Positions 18,548-29,369 of a DNA stretch of 64,000 nt are shown piece after piece. Made by a program: the position numbers and the translations under genes. Source of the DNA: an uncultured Thermotogae bacterium (GTDB lineage: Bacteria; Bipolaricaulota; Bipolaricaulia; UBA7950; UBA9294); contig CAZLER010000006.1 in assembly GCA_964558595.1 (NCBI GenBank), positions 3,892-67,891 on the forward strand. Direction: 5' to 3'. The notes under the pieces were generated by a model. That model was not told the DNA's origin and did no database searches. It worked only from the letters and a program-made list of their open reading frames with translations. Position 1 is the stretch's first letter. The number at the start of each line of letters is the position of its first letter.

Positions 18548-20565
18548 CCCGTCTCCACCACGATCGTCCCCGCGTGAGCGCCGCGCCCGCTCGCCCCCGG
18601 CGGGATGAGGAGGGTCGCGTCGCTACCGATCACGATCGCCGGACCTTCGAACGTCCTTCCTTCCTCGATCGCCTCCCGAGCGATCACCGACGTGGGCACC
18701 CGCCCGATCCCCGGAAACCCCGCCTCGACGGTCCGCGCTGCGACCCGCAGCTCCTCGGCGAACGGGGGCATCCGACCGACCGACGGCGGTCCCGCCGTGC
18801 GAACCCGCACCGTGACCAACTCGATCTCCTCCTCCCGATCGGCGTGACCGAACCGACCTTCGTGCTCGGCGTGAAACGCCTCGGCCAGAGCGGCGAACGC
18901 GGCGGCGGCGGGCGTTGGCAGCGCCACCTCCAGCTCATGCGACTGACCAACGTAGCGCAAGTCGGCGGACACCCGATGCCGCAGCTGCTTCGCAGCGACC
19001 GCCTGCCCCTCCAGTACCGCCCGTCCCTGCCGACATAGGTCGGCGACGATCGCCGACAGCTCCCCGGCGGTGACCTCGGAAAGCCGGCGCACAAGGCTGC
19101 GGCTGTGGTCGGTGCCGATCTCGGAGGTCAACAACCCGAGTGCCGACAGCACCCCGGCGGTCCCCGGGACGATCACCCTCGGGATCGACAGACGCCGGGC
19201 GATCGATACCGCATGCAGGGGACCCGCGCCTCCAAACGCAAGCAACGCATAGTCCCGGGGATCGTGTCCCCGCTCGATCGAGATCACTCGGATCGCTCGC
19301 TCCATCGCCGCGTCGGCGATCTCCAGGATGCCCTCGGCCGCCTCTTCGACCGACAGACCCAGCGGCGTGCCGACCAACGCGATCGCCGCCCTCGCCGCCT
19401 CGACGTTGAGCACTGCCAGCCCACCGAGCGGCAGATCGGGGAGAAGATGGTTCAGCACCACATGGGCGTCGGTGACCGTGGGTTGGGTCCCGCCGCGCCC
19501 GTAGCACGCCGGACCGGGTGCGGCGCCGGCGCTCCGTGGGCCGACGCGCAACGCACCACCGCTGTCGATCCACGCGAGGCTGCCGCCACCGGCACCGATC
19601 GTGTGGATCGCGATCATTCGCTGCGCCGTAGGATAGCCGCCCACCTCTCCAGCGCCGGACCACGTCAACGCACCGTCATCGATCAGCGACACGTCGCAGC
19701 TCGTGCCCCCCATGTCCATGGTGATCAGATCGTTCTCTCCCACGAGCTCGCCGATCGCTCTCGCTCCCTGGACCCCAGCCGCCGGACCGGAGAGGAGGAT
19801 CCGCACCGGTTGCTCCTCGGCGCGGGGGCGCTCGGTCACCGTGCCGCTCGATTGCATGATCCTCCAGGTCGACGGGAGCCCGGCATCCTCCGCCCCGTGC
19901 TCCAGCGCCGCCAAGTACGCCCCAATCACCGGTCGGAGCGCTGCGCACACGACGGTCGTCGACGTGCGCTCGTACTCGCGAAACTCCGGCAGGACATCGC
20001 ACGATAGCGTCACCGGCACACCGAGCGCCTCTTCGACGCGCCGACCGACGATACGTTCATGCTCCGGGGCCACATAGGAAAACAGCAACGTCACCGCGAC
20101 CGCCTCCAGCTGTGCCGCCCCCAGCTGTTCGACCAGGTCATCGAGATCGACCGGATCGAGCGGGCGAATCACCCGTCCCTCGGCATCGATCCGTTCGGCG
20201 ATTTCGAACCGCCGATCCCGCGGTACGATCGGTGGCGGGCGCTCAATCGCCAGGTCGTAGAGACGGGAACGGTGTTGTCGTCCGATCTCCAGGACATCTC
20301 GGAATCCCGCGGTGGTCACCAGTGCCGTTCGCCCCCAGCATCCTTCCAGGAGGGCGTTCGTCGCCACGGTCGAGCCGTGGGCGATCGTCCGCACAGCGGC
20401 AGGATCCACTTGCCCCACGGCGATCAGCTTGCCAAGCCCACGGAGCACGCCTCGCGCTGGCGCATCCGGCGTCGATGGGATCTTGACCAGGCGCGCGACG
20501 TCGTCGCCGGCCAGTACCACGTCGATGAACGTGCCCCCGATGTCGATGCCGATCGCGTTGATCAC
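18544..20565 (-). CDS. hyuA: hydantoinase A / 5-oxoprolinase A subunit family
   Basis: GIDIGGTF(I/T)D ATPase motif near the N-terminus and a second DMGGTS(T/C)D motif. GTG start assumed at VINAIGIDIGGTF. Stop overlaps the hyuB start. Confidence 0.75.
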   Translation of the reverse strand: MINAIGIDIGGTFIDVVLAGDDVARLVKIPSTPDAPARGVLRGLGKLIAVGQVDPAAVRTIAHGSTVATNALLEGCWGRTALVTTAGFRDVLEIGRQHRSRLYDLAIERPPPIVPRDRRFEIAERIDAEGRVIRPLDPVDLDDLVEQLGAAQLEAVAVTLLFSYVAPEHERIVGRRVEEALGVPVTLSCDVLPEFREYERTSTTVVCAALRPVIGAYLAALEHGAEDAGLPSTWRIMQSSGTVTERPRAEEQPVRILLSGPAAGVQGARAIGELVGENDLITMDMGGTSCDVSLIDDGALTWSGAGEVGGYPTAQRMIAIHTIGAGGGSLAWIDSGGALRVGPRSAGAAPGPACYGRGGTQPTVTDAHVVLNHLLPDLPLGGLAVLNVEAARAAIALVGTPLGLSVEEAAEGILEIADAAMERAIRVISIERGHDPRDYALLAFGGAGPLHAVSIARRLSIPRVIVPGTAGVLSALGLLTSEIGTDHSRSLVRRLSEVTAGELSAIVADLCRQGRAVLEGQAVAAKQLRHRVSADLRYVGQSHELEVALPTPAAAAFAALAEAFHAEHEGRFGHADREEEIELVTVRVRTAGPPSVGRMPPFAEELRVAARTVEAGFPGIGRVPTSVIAREAIEEGRTFEGPAIVIGSDATLLIPPGASGRGAHAGTIVVETG

Positions 20566-20742
20566 GTCCGAGCGAGTATAGAACCTAGGCGAGGACGTCG
20601 CAATGACGGTCCTGGATTGAATCGTCCTCGATCGATCTTTCGACGTTCGGGCGATGCACCAGGGGCGATCGCTGGGGGGGCGGAGGCACCTCGCGTACAA
20701 TCGGCCACGACACAACACTCCACGCATCGGAAGGAGCCCCCT

Positions 20743-21711
20743 GTGACTCATCCCAGCAGGATCCTGGTGACCGGCGCGGTCGGTCAGATCGGTTCGGAGC
20801 TGACCGACGCGCTCCGTCGGCGGCACGGCGGCGACAACGTCGTCGCCGCAGGCCATCGAACCGCGCCCCAGCCCGCGCTGCGTGACGGCGGTCCGTTCGT
20901 GACCCTCGATGTAAGCTCACGCGAGCAGGTCGATCGGACCGTTGCCGACCACGACATCGACGCGATCTACCATATGGCCGCCATTCTCTCGGCTCGCGGC
21001 GAGGAGCATCCCACCCTCGCCTGGCGGGTCAACATCGAGGGCTTGGTGAACGTCCTTGAGGTCGCCCGCGCGCGTCAGGTGAGGCAGGTGTTCGTTCCCA
21101 GCTCGATCGCGGTGTTCGGCCCCGAGACGCCTCGCGATTGCGCCCCTCAGGAGACGGTGTTGCAGCCGACGACGATGTACGGCGTCACCAAGGTGGCTGG
21201 CGAGCTGCTCGGGGAGTACTACGTCCGGCGGTTCGACCTGGATCTTCGCGGCCTGCGCTATCCCGGTATCATCTCCAGCGAGACGCCACCGGGAGGCGGA
21301 ACCACGGACTACGCGGTCGAGATCTTCTACCAGGCGATTCAGACCGGTCGATACACCTGTTTCGTTCGCCCCGACACCCGGCTCCCGATGATGTACATGC
21401 CCGACTGCATCAAAGCGACGATCGACCTCATGGAGGCCGATCGTTCCGGATGGATCCATCACGCAAACTTCAACGTCGGTTCGATGTCCTTCTCGGCCGC
21501 TGAACTCGCCGACGAGATCACCCGTCATATCCCCGGATTCGAGTGTGAGTACGCGCCCGACTTCCGCCAACAGATCGCCGATTCCTGGCCGTCGGCCGTC
21601 GACGACCGAGCGGCGCGGGAGGAGTGGGGATGGTCGCCCGACTACGACCTGGCCGCCATGACGGCGGACATGGTGGAGAAACTCCGAGCGCGTCTAGCGC
21701 CCGTACCGTAG
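20743..21711 (+). CDS. NAD-dependent epimerase/dehydratase family protein (L-threonine 3-dehydrogenase-like, extended SDR)
   Basis: AAGGAG RBS, GTG start. ILVTGAVGQIGSEL Rossmann motif and YxxxK active site (YGVTKV). Confidence 0.7.
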   Translation: MTHPSRILVTGAVGQIGSELTDALRRRHGGDNVVAAGHRTAPQPALRDGGPFVTLDVSSREQVDRTVADHDIDAIYHMAAILSARGEEHPTLAWRVNIEGLVNVLEVARARQVRQVFVPSSIAVFGPETPRDCAPQETVLQPTTMYGVTKVAGELLGEYYVRRFDLDLRGLRYPGIISSETPPGGGTTDYAVEIFYQAIQTGRYTCFVRPDTRLPMMYMPDCIKATIDLMEADRSGWIHHANFNVGSMSFSAAELADEITRHIPGFECEYAPDFRQQIADSWPSAVDDRAAREEWGWSPDYDLAAMTADMVEKLRARLAPVP

Positions 21712-21754
21712 TATCGTAGTTCTAGAACGAGAAAACGGGCAGCCAGCGTTCAAC

Positions 21755-21786
21755 GAGGGCCGACGGCAACGCGACCGACGGCCCTC
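21755..21786. terminator. hairpin between convergent genes (8-bp GC stem GAGGGCCG/CGGCCCTC, 16-nt loop); possible bidirectional terminator
   Basis: Seen directly. No strong U-tract, so weak as an intrinsic terminator. Confidence 0.3.
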
Positions 21787-21794
21787 GCGGCTTC

Positions 21795-22151
21795 CTACCC
21801 TTCGATGAGCATCAGTCGGGCCATCTCCGCGCCGTCGCCGCGGCGGGGGCCGAGCTTGATGACGCGGGTGTAGCCACCGGCGCGATCCTGGTACTTCGGA
21901 CCGAGCTCCTCGAACAGCTTGTCGACAGCGGCCTTGTCCTGCAGCCTGGAGAAGGCGATGCGTCGCGCGTGGAGGTCACCCCGGCGCGCCAGCGTGATCA
22001 ACCGTTCGGCGAATCGCTGTCCGGCCCGGGCGCGAGCGTGCGTCGTGTCGACCTTCGCGTTCACGATCAGCGCGCTGGCGAGGTTGGCGAGCACCTGCTT
22101 GCGGTGCGCGCTCTGCATTCCGATCTTCGCGATCGTCCGCCTATGCCTCAT
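21795..22151 (-). CDS. rplQ: 50S ribosomal protein L17
   Basis: Sequence and operon position after rpoA. Confidence 0.9.
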   Translation of the reverse strand: MRHRRTIAKIGMQSAHRKQVLANLASALIVNAKVDTTHARARAGQRFAERLITLARRGDLHARRIAFSRLQDKAAVDKLFEELGPKYQDRAGGYTRVIKLGPRRGDGAEMARLMLIEG

Positions 22152-23100
22152 GCTTGACCTCCCCTTCGCTCCTCAGCGCGTAGCCCAACTCCGCCAGGCG
22201 GTCCTCGACCTTGCTCAGCGTCTTGCCGCCGAACCCGTGAATGTCGAGAAGCTCCTCACGTGGATGCTCAAGCAACTGATCGAGCGTCGTGATATCCGCC
22301 TCATGCAGCAGGTTGCACGCGCGCTGATCGATGCCGAGGTCGACCAGCGGGATCGACAGCTCCTCGGCCTCGGCCTCCTCGGCCTCCTCGGCGGAGATCC
22401 CGTAGGGGTGCTCCGCGAAATCGTCGAACAGCGACAGATGACGCTTCAGCAGCCGGCTCGCCTCTGACAGGGCCTCTTCCGGACGGATCCCGCCGTGGGT
22501 GGCCATTTCCAGCACCAGCCGCTCGTAGCCCGTCTTCCCGCCGACCCGCGTGGCCTCGACCGTGAAGTTGACCCTACGCACCGGTGAGAAATCGGCATCG
22601 ATCGGGATGACCGACAGCGGGGCATCCTCCAAGCGATTGAACTCCGCCGGCACGTACCCGAAACCGGTCTCGATCTCCACCTCCAGGTCCAACGCGCCCT
22701 TCGCATTGAGGGTCGCGATAGGCAACGTTGGATCGATCACCTCGACCCCGGGGGGGAGTTCAAGATCGGCGGCCGTCACCTGGCCGGCCCCCTTCTTGTT
22801 CAGGGTGACCCGGTGCAACTCGTCCCCCTGCACGCGCAGGGCGAGGCTCTTCAGATTGAGGATGATCTCGAGCACGTCCTCTTTGATGCCCTCGATCGTG
22901 TCGTATTCATGGTACTTGCCGGCGAACCGTACGCGAACGACCGCCGCGCCAGGGATCGCCGTCAGCAACGTCCGCCGCAACGAGTTCCCGAGCGTGATCC
23001 CGAACCCCTTCTCCAGCGGCTCGATTACGATCTTGCCGGCGGTCTCGGTCAGCTCCTCGACCTTGATGCTTTTGGGGAAGACCACTTCGTCCATCGCCAC
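22141..23100 (-). CDS. rpoA: DNA-directed RNA polymerase alpha subunit
   Basis: N-terminal dimerisation domain and alpha-CTD (HEADITTLDQLLE). Position between rpsD and rplQ. Confidence 0.95.
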   Translation of the reverse strand: MAMDEVVFPKSIKVEELTETAGKIVIEPLEKGFGITLGNSLRRTLLTAIPGAAVVRVRFAGKYHEYDTIEGIKEDVLEIILNLKSLALRVQGDELHRVTLNKKGAGQVTAADLELPPGVEVIDPTLPIATLNAKGALDLEVEIETGFGYVPAEFNRLEDAPLSVIPIDADFSPVRRVNFTVEATRVGGKTGYERLVLEMATHGGIRPEEALSEASRLLKRHLSLFDDFAEHPYGISAEEAEEAEAEELSIPLVDLGIDQRACNLLHEADITTLDQLLEHPREELLDIHGFGGKTLSKVEDRLAELGYALRSEGEVKHEA

Positions 23101-23103
23101 CTC

Positions 23104-23727
23104 CTAGCGGGAGTAGAACTCGACGATGAGGTTCGCCGCGATGTTCTGCCCGGTCTGTTCTACGTTGGGCATGGAGATCACCTGGAACCGCATGGCGTCC
23201 GTGTTCCGCTCCAGCCACGCCGGGGGGTCGCGATCGATCGCCGCCTCGACGATCCCCTTGACGCGCTCTCGCCGTCCTTCCTTGACGGCGACCGTATCGC
23301 CCTCCCGGAGGAGGACCGACGGGACGTCCGTTGCGCGTCCGTTCAACTCGAAGTGACCATGCGAGATCATCTGGCGGGCCTGTTGCCTCGACGAGGCGAA
23401 TCCGGCCCGGTACACCATGTTGTCCATCCGACGCTCCAGCAGCGTGAGCAGCGCTTCGCCCGTGACCCCTTTCTGCCGCTTGGCCTGAGCCACGTAGTTG
23501 CGGAATTGTTGCTCCCGGAGTCCGTAGATCCTTCGGGCCTTCTGCTTCTCGCGCAGATGCAGCTGGTACTGACTACGCCGGGGACGGCGACGGCGCGGTC
23601 CCTCCCCCGGAGGCTTCGACTTGCGCACCACCGCGCAGCTGCGCGTATAGCAGCGATCCCCCTTGAGGAACAGCTTCTCTCCTTCCCGACGGCACTTCCT
23701 ACACTTCGGTCCCGCGTCTCGTCCCAT
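23104..23727 (-). CDS. rpsD: 30S ribosomal protein S4 (zinc-ribbon form)
   Basis: S4 sequence. N-terminus carries CRKC...C...C Cys4. Confidence 0.9.
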   Translation of the reverse strand: MGRDAGPKCRKCRREGEKLFLKGDRCYTRSCAVVRKSKPPGEGPRRRRPRRSQYQLHLREKQKARRIYGLREQQFRNYVAQAKRQKGVTGEALLTLLERRMDNMVYRAGFASSRQQARQMISHGHFELNGRATDVPSVLLREGDTVAVKEGRRERVKGIVEAAIDRDPPAWLERNTDAMRFQVISMPNVEQTGQNIAANLIVEFYSR

Positions 23728-24071
23728 TACCTTCTCCCCTTGCTGTGGGACACCGGCGTCACGTTCCTCACCTCTTCGACGCGGATGCCGGATGACTTGA
23801 TCGTCTGAATCACCGACTGCCTCCCCGAACCGGTCCCTTTCACCTCGATCGCCACCGAACGGATCCCCATGTCCTTCATCTCACGCGACAGCGACTCTGC
23901 GGCGATCTGGGCCGCATAAGGCGTTCCCTTGCGGGACCCCTTGTAGCCGACCACCCCAGGGCTCTTCCAAGTCACCGGGTTTCCACTCGTGTCGGTCACG
24001 GTGATGATCGTGTTGTTGAACGTCGCGTGGATATGCACTTGAGCGCGCTCGAGCTTGGTATTCTTCGCCAT
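23727..24071 (-). CDS. rpsK: 30S ribosomal protein S11
   Basis: Sequence; start at MAKNTK. Confidence 0.9.
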   Translation of the reverse strand: MAKNTKLERAQVHIHATFNNTIITVTDTSGNPVTWKSPGVVGYKGSRKGTPYAAQIAAESLSREMKDMGIRSVAIEVKGTGSGRQSVIQTIKSSGIRVEEVRNVTPVSHSKGRR

Positions 24072-24073
24072 CT

Positions 24074-24439
24074 CTACCTCTTCTTCCCGGCCTTCGCCGG
24101 TCGCGGACCTTTCCACGTCCGCGCGTTCGACCGGGTCCGCTGCCCCCGAGCCGGAAGCCGCTTCTTATGGCGGATCCCTCGGTAGGCATTGATGTCCTTC
24201 AACCGCTGGATGCTCCCATGCACGCGCCGGCGGAGGTCGCCCTCGACGATGAGCTGCTCGATCTCACGTCGCAGCGCGTTGACCTCGTTTTCCGTCAGAT
24301 CCTTCACCCGGACGTCGGGCGAGATGCCGGTCTGCTCCATGACCTCGGCCGCCCGCGTCTCGCCGATGCCGTAGATGTAGGTCAACGCCACCTCGATCCG
24401 CTTGTTGTTCGGCAGATTGACTCCGGCTATACGTGCCAT
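24074..24439 (-). CDS. rpsM: 30S ribosomal protein S13
   Basis: Starts [10 protein letters not shown]. Confidence 0.9.
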   Translation of the reverse strand: MARIAGVNLPNNKRIEVALTYIYGIGETRAAEVMEQTGISPDVRVKDLTENEVNALRREIEQLIVEGDLRRRVHGSIQRLKDINAYRGIRHKKRLPARGQRTRSNARTWKGPRPAKAGKKR

Positions 24440-24450
24440 ACGCTCTCCCT

Positions 24451-24564
24451 CTACCCTTGTCGCTGCTTGTGCTTCGGGTTCCGGCAAAGAACCCGCAGTC
24501 GCCCCTCACGCCGGATCACCTTGCACTTGGCGCACATCTTCTTGACCGAACTTCGCACTTTCAT
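24451..24564 (-). CDS. rpmJ: 50S ribosomal protein L36 (zinc form)
   Basis: [19 protein letters not shown]...C...H zinc ribbon. Confidence 0.85.
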   Translation of the reverse strand: MKVRSSVKKMCAKCKVIRREGRLRVLCRNPKHKQRQG

Positions 24565-24581
24565 GATGGCTGGGCGGTCGC

Positions 24582-24818
24582 TCAGCTCTCCCGATACACG
24601 ATCCGTCCCTTGGACAGATCGTAGGGAGAGAACTCTACGATCACGCGATCTCCGGTCAAGATCCGGATGTAGTGCTTGCGGATCCTTCCGGAGATGTGGC
24701 AAAGCACGACGTGTCCATTGTCCAGCCGAACCCGGAACGTCGAGCTGGGAAGACTCTCGATGACCTCGCCCCGCTGACGGATCACGTCCTTTTTTCCGCG
24801 TCTCTCATTCGTCGCCAC
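24582..24818 (-). CDS. infA: translation initiation factor IF-1
   Basis: S1-like OB fold sequence. Confidence 0.9.
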   Translation of the reverse strand: MATNERRGKKDVIRQRGEVIESLPSSTFRVRLDNGHVVLCHISGRIRKHYIRILTGDRVIVEFSPYDLSKGRIVYRES

Positions 24819-25581
24819 TCCGCCCTACGTCACCTCCTTCCGTCAGTACAATCGTTTCCTCACCGGTGAGCACCACCGTATGCTCGAAATGCACGGCCAA
24901 TCCGCCGGATCCCGTCACCACCGTCCAGCCGTCCGCCTGCACCTGGGTGGGAAGTGCATCCACCTTCACCATCGGCTCGATGGCAAAGCTCATTCCCGCT
25001 TTCAACCGCACTCCAGTTCCGGGCGGTCCGTAGTTCGGGATCTGCGGATCCTCGTGCAACGCTCTCCCGATACCGTGCCCGACGTACTCCTTGACGACGT
25101 GGAATCCCTTCGCCTTGACGAACGACCCGATCGCGTGCGAGATGTCGGACAACCGGTTGCCGATTGTAACTCTCTCGATCCCTTCCCACAAGCTGCGCTC
25201 GCCCACCTGCAGCAGCCGCCGGGCTTCGCCGTCGATCTCGCCAACGGCGATCGTCGTCGCCATGTCCACATAGAATCCATCCCGCACGAGCCCGATGTCG
25301 ATCGAGAACACGTCTCCATCACGCAGCTTCCGCGCCTCGGAAGGGATCCCATGGACGACCTCCTCGTTGATCGACGCGTTGATCGTCGCTGGATACCCGT
25401 GGTATCCCTTGAACGCCGGATGGGCGTTTGTCCCTCGAATCAGTTCCTCCGCCAGCCGGTCGAAGTACGCGGTCGACCGCCCCGGACGAACCTCCTTGCA
25501 CAACGCCGTCAGCACCCCCGCCAAGGCGCCACCGTTTTCCCGCATCACGGCGACCTCCGATGGCGACTTCAGCGGGATCAT
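24805..25581 (-). CDS. map: methionine aminopeptidase type I
   Basis: Pita-bread fold metal ligands. Start chosen at MIPLKSPSE. Overlaps the adk stop. Confidence 0.85.
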   Translation of the reverse strand: MIPLKSPSEVAVMRENGGALAGVLTALCKEVRPGRSTAYFDRLAEELIRGTNAHPAFKGYHGYPATINASINEEVVHGIPSEARKLRDGDVFSIDIGLVRDGFYVDMATTIAVGEIDGEARRLLQVGERSLWEGIERVTIGNRLSDISHAIGSFVKAKGFHVVKEYVGHGIGRALHEDPQIPNYGPPGTGVRLKAGMSFAIEPMVKVDALPTQVQADGWTVVTGSGGLAVHFEHTVVLTGEETIVLTEGGDVGRSGDE

Positions 25582-26207
25582 GCCGACAGGATCGACAGGA
25601 TCTCCTCGGAGATCTCGTCGCTCGGTCGGCTCCCGTCGACGTCGCTCAGCAGGTTGCGCTCGCGGTAGAAGGCGATCAGTGGGGCGGTAGACCGCTCGTA
25701 CACATCGTAGCGGTTCTCGATGACCTCGGGCTTGTCGTCCTCCCGCTGGATCAACCGTCCCCCGCAGGCGGGGCACGTTGTGGGGTCCTTCGGAGGCTCG
25801 TACAGCAGATTGACGATGATCCCGCAACCCTCGCATACCCGTCGCGCGCTCAGCCTCCGCACGACGTCCTCCCGATCCAAACGGATGTTGATGACGACCT
25901 CCAACGGCGTGATCCGTTCGAGCGCCTCCGCCTGCCGAACGGTGCGGGGAAATCCATCGAGCAGGAAGCCGGACTCCGCCGCTTCGATCCGCCCCCGGAT
26001 CATGTCGACGATGAGGTCGTCGGGCACCAGCTCACCACGCTCCATCGTACCCTGCGCCGCTTCTCCAAGCGCCGTCCCCCGTGCCACCTCATCACGTAGG
26101 ATGTCCCCAGTGGAGAGATGCTCCAGCCCAGTGGCTCGGGCAATGATCTTCGCCTGGGTTCCCTTTCCGGCCCCCGGGGGACCCAGCAGCGCAACACGGG
26201 TCAGCAT
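25578..26207 (-). CDS. adk: adenylate kinase (zinc-lid form)
   Basis: GPPGAGKGTQ P-loop. Cys4 lid (CEGCG...CPACG). Confidence 0.9.
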   Translation of the reverse strand: MLTRVALLGPPGAGKGTQAKIIARATGLEHLSTGDILRDEVARGTALGEAAQGTMERGELVPDDLIVDMIRGRIEAAESGFLLDGFPRTVRQAEALERITPLEVVINIRLDREDVVRRLSARRVCEGCGIIVNLLYEPPKDPTTCPACGGRLIQREDDKPEVIENRYDVYERSTAPLIAFYRERNLLSDVDGSRPSDEISEEILSILSA

Positions 26208-26210
26208 CGC

Positions 26211-27497
26211 CTACCCCCTCCGTCCCAGCAACCGGCCGGACTTCGTCAGGCTCTCGTAGTGGCGCATCACGAGATGGGCCTCGATCTGCATCATTGTGTC
26301 GATCCCGACGCCGACCACGATCAGCAAGGATGTCCCGCCGACCAGGAACATCGCCTGGGATCCACTCACCGAGGACAGGATGAACGGAAGAACAGCGACC
26401 ACCGAGAGGAAGACGGCTCCGATCAGCAGCATTCGATTGAGGACGCCGGTGATGAAGTCCGACGTCGGCTTTCCCGGTCGGACCCCGGGAATGAACCCGC
26501 CCGCCTCGCGGATGTTCTTCGCGATGTCGTCCGGGTCAAAGACGAGCGAGCTGTAGAAGTAGGTGAAGAAGAAGATCAACAGCACATAGGTGATAATGTA
26601 CGCAAGACTTCCGGTCTGGATGTACGGCACGATCCAGTTGAGCCCTGGGATCGCATTGAACAACGTGACCGGCAGGGTGAGCAGCGCCGAGGCGAAGATC
26701 ACCGGAATGACGCCGCCTTGATTGACCCGCATGGGAAGGTGCGACGTATGCCCCCCATAGATCCGACGTCCCATCGTCCGCTTCGCGTACTGGATTTGGA
26801 TCTTGCGTTGCCCTTGTTGAACCATCGTCATCCCGGCGATCACCGCGATCAGCAGACCGATGAACGCCAGCCCCCAGACCGCGTGCACCGTTCCGGTGCT
26901 GATATCGGTCCACAACTGGCGCAGATTGGCCGGGAAGCGGGACAGAATACTGATCATGATGATCATGCTGATGCCGTTCCCGATCCCGTTCTCGGTGATC
27001 CGCTCGCCGAGCCACATCAAGAAGATCGTCCCGGTCGTCAACGAAACGATCGTTGTGACGTAGAACCAGAGGTTCGATTCGACCACCGCGCCCCGGATCA
27101 GCGAGGTCATCGCTGCTCCCTGCACGATCGCCAACGCCACGGTGGTGTAGCGGGTATAGGCGGTGATCTTTCGACGCCCCTCACGTCCCTGCTGCTGGAG
27201 CTCCTTGAGCTTCGGGATCACCCCGGTCAGCAGGCTGAAGATGATCGACGCGTTAATGTAGGGGGTAACGCCAAGGGCGAACAGCGAGAACCGCTGCAAC
27301 GCACCGCCGGTAAACATGTTGAAGAAGTCGAAGATCCCGCCCGCCTGCTGGGCAAAGAAGTTGCGCAGCACATCCACATCCACACCCGGGACCGTGATGT
27401 GGGTCCCCAGGCGGACGACGATGATCGCCCCGAGCGTGAACAGGATCCTCTTCCGAAGCTCGGGGACTCTGAATAGGCTGGCAAACTTCTCCCACAC
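26211..27497 (-). CDS. secY: preprotein translocase subunit SecY
   Basis: Ten TM segments and position after rplO. Confidence 0.95.
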   Translation of the reverse strand: MWEKFASLFRVPELRKRILFTLGAIIVVRLGTHITVPGVDVDVLRNFFAQQAGGIFDFFNMFTGGALQRFSLFALGVTPYINASIIFSLLTGVIPKLKELQQQGREGRRKITAYTRYTTVALAIVQGAAMTSLIRGAVVESNLWFYVTTIVSLTTGTIFLMWLGERITENGIGNGISMIIMISILSRFPANLRQLWTDISTGTVHAVWGLAFIGLLIAVIAGMTMVQQGQRKIQIQYAKRTMGRRIYGGHTSHLPMRVNQGGVIPVIFASALLTLPVTLFNAIPGLNWIVPYIQTGSLAYIITYVLLIFFFTYFYSSLVFDPDDIAKNIREAGGFIPGVRPGKPTSDFITGVLNRMLLIGAVFLSVVAVLPFILSSVSGSQAMFLVGGTSLLIVVGVGIDTMMQIEAHLVMRHYESLTKSGRLLGRRG

Positions 27498-27498
27498 G

Positions 27499-27945
27499 CT
27501 ACATCACCTCGGCCTTTCCTCCTGCCGCTTCGATCTTGCGCTTCGCCTCGGTACTGAACCGGTGGGCTCGCACGATGAGCGGCTTGGACAGCTCGCCGCG
27601 CCCCAGCACCTTGACGCGCCCATCGCGTCCCTTGATGAGGCCCGCCTGAGACAACATCCCCGGATCGATCTCTGCATCGGCCTCGAACCGCTCGCCGAGC
27701 GTGTCGATGTTGACGCACACGTACTCGGTCCGCGTGAAATTGCGGAATCCCCGCTTGGGGAAGCGCATCCAGATCGGCGTCTGCCCGCCCTCGAATCCGA
27801 GGCGGACGCCCCCGCCGCTGCGGGAGTTCTGTCCCTTGGTACCGCGGCCGCTCTCGTGACCGCCGAGGCCGGAACCGTATCCGCGTCCGACGCGCTTCCG
27901 CCGATGCCGGCTCCCCTTCGTCGGCCGCAGCTCATCGAGCCTCAT
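27499..27945 (-). CDS. rplO: 50S ribosomal protein L15
   Basis: Start at [13 protein letters not shown]. Gly-rich region. Confidence 0.85.
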   Translation of the reverse strand: MRLDELRPTKGSRHRRKRVGRGYGSGLGGHESGRGTKGQNSRSGGGVRLGFEGGQTPIWMRFPKRGFRNFTRTEYVCVNIDTLGERFEADAEIDPGMLSQAGLIKGRDGRVKVLGRGELSKPLIVRAHRFSTEAKRKIEAAGGKAEVM

Positions 27946-28456
27946 GGGCCACCTCCTCGCCTGATGCGACGCCCCGCAGCTCCTCGATCTCCCGACGACT
28001 CCGTACCTGAGCCAGGCCACAGATCGCCGCCCGGGCCAACGTCAGCGGATTCGTCGTGCCGATCGACTTCGTGAGCACATCTTCGATCCCCGCCAGCCGG
28101 CAGATCGCCCCCACGGTCGTTCCGGCAATCACACCGGTTCCCGGGTGGGCGGGCTTGAGCAGCACTTGCCCGGCCTTGAACCGACCGACGACCTCGTGAG
28201 GAATCGTTCGCTCCTCTCGGTACACACGGACCAGGTGTTTCTTGGCATCGCGGATCGCCTGATGAATCGCGCGCGGAATCTCGGTGGTGCTGCCGACACC
28301 GACGCCGACGCGACCGTCCTTGTCCCCGACCACGATGGTGACCCGGAACCGCAGGTTGCGCCCTCCCTTGGTCACCTTGCTCACCCGGCGGATATCGATG
28401 ATCTCGTTTTCAAACTCGTCGTGGGTTCTCAAAACCGCAATCCTCCCTTGCGGCAC
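27932..28456 (-). CDS. rpsE: 30S ribosomal protein S5 (C-terminal extension; no L30 gene follows)
   Basis: [12 protein letters not shown] motif. Overlaps the L15 start by about 14 nt. Confidence 0.85.
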   Translation of the reverse strand: MPQGRIAVLRTHDEFENEIIDIRRVSKVTKGGRNLRFRVTIVVGDKDGRVGVGVGSTTEIPRAIHQAIRDAKKHLVRVYREERTIPHEVVGRFKAGQVLLKPAHPGTGVIAGTTVGAICRLAGIEDVLTKSIGTTNPLTLARAAICGLAQVRSRREIEELRGVASGEEVAHEAR

Positions 28457-28791
28457 GCCTCTGCGAAACCGGAAACCACGCCGTGATACGGGTGCCCCCC
28501 GCGATCGAACACCACCGTTTCGATGCCGCTCTCCGAAGCCCGCTCCGCCACGAGCGCGCCCAGTCGCTGGGCCGCGGCGATATTCGGTCCGGTCGCCTCC
28601 GCTCGAAGCGCCGGATCGAGCGTCGACGCCTGCACCAGCGTCCGTCCGATGTCGTCGTCGATCACCTGCGCGTAGAGATGGCGCAGCGTCTTGGTCACAC
28701 AGAGGCGAGGCCGCTCACTCGTTCCACGGATTCTCCTGCGGATCCGTCGGTGTCGCTTCAGCCGTTCAGCGGCTCGATCGAATCTTGCCAT
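28429..28791 (-). CDS. rplR: 50S ribosomal protein L18
   Basis: Sequence and position. Confidence 0.85.
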   Translation of the reverse strand: MARFDRAAERLKRHRRIRRRIRGTSERPRLCVTKTLRHLYAQVIDDDIGRTLVQASTLDPALRAEATGPNIAAAQRLGALVAERASESGIETVVFDRGGHPYHGVVSGFAEACRKGGLRF

Positions 28792-28805
28792 CGCCTGTCA
28801 CACTC

Positions 28806-29357
28806 CTACCCTGCCCCAGGACCACCGAGCTTGCCGGCCTTTTGAATGACCTGCTCGTTCTTGTACCGGACTCCCTTGCCGTCGTACACGTTGGGCTTCC
28901 GGAACGCGCGGATAACCGCCGCGACCTGCCCGACCTGTTGCTTGTCCACGCCGCGCACGATGATCTCATTGGGATTGGGAAGCTCCGCCTCGATCCCTTG
29001 GGGTAGCTCGTACTCCTTCGGGGACGAGTAGCCCAGATCGAGGATCAGCGTATTCCCTTGCAGCCGAGCCCGATAGCCAAGACCGCGCACGATCAGCGAC
29101 TTCTCCCATCGCTCCGAAACACCCCGAACCATGTTGGCCAGGAGACTCCGGTATAGACCGTGGTACGCACGATACTCCTGGCCTTCGCGACGTCGGGTCA
29201 CCGTCGCTTCCCCGTCCCCGACCTGGATCTCCACCATGTCGGAGCGAAACGGCTGTTCGAGTCGACCGTGCTCCCCCTCGACCGTCAGGGCGCCGCGACC
29301 GACGGACACCTTCACTCCGTTGGGAATCGGAATCGGTACCTTGCCTACCTTGGACAT
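28806..29357 (-). CDS. rplF: 50S ribosomal protein L6
   Basis: Sequence and position. Confidence 0.9.
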   Translation of the reverse strand: MSKVGKVPIPIPNGVKVSVGRGALTVEGEHGRLEQPFRSDMVEIQVGDGEATVTRRREGQEYRAYHGLYRSLLANMVRGVSERWEKSLIVRGLGYRARLQGNTLILDLGYSSPKEYELPQGIEAELPNPNEIIVRGVDKQQVGQVAAVIRAFRKPNVYDGKGVRYKNEQVIQKAGKLGGPGAG

Positions 29358-29369
29358 CGTCAGTTCCCC

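Noticed and set aside
20566-20742. Divergent promoter region between hyuA and the tdh-like gene; a TACAAT box at about 20697.
   Set aside because: No convincing -35 partner. Too weak to call as a feature.
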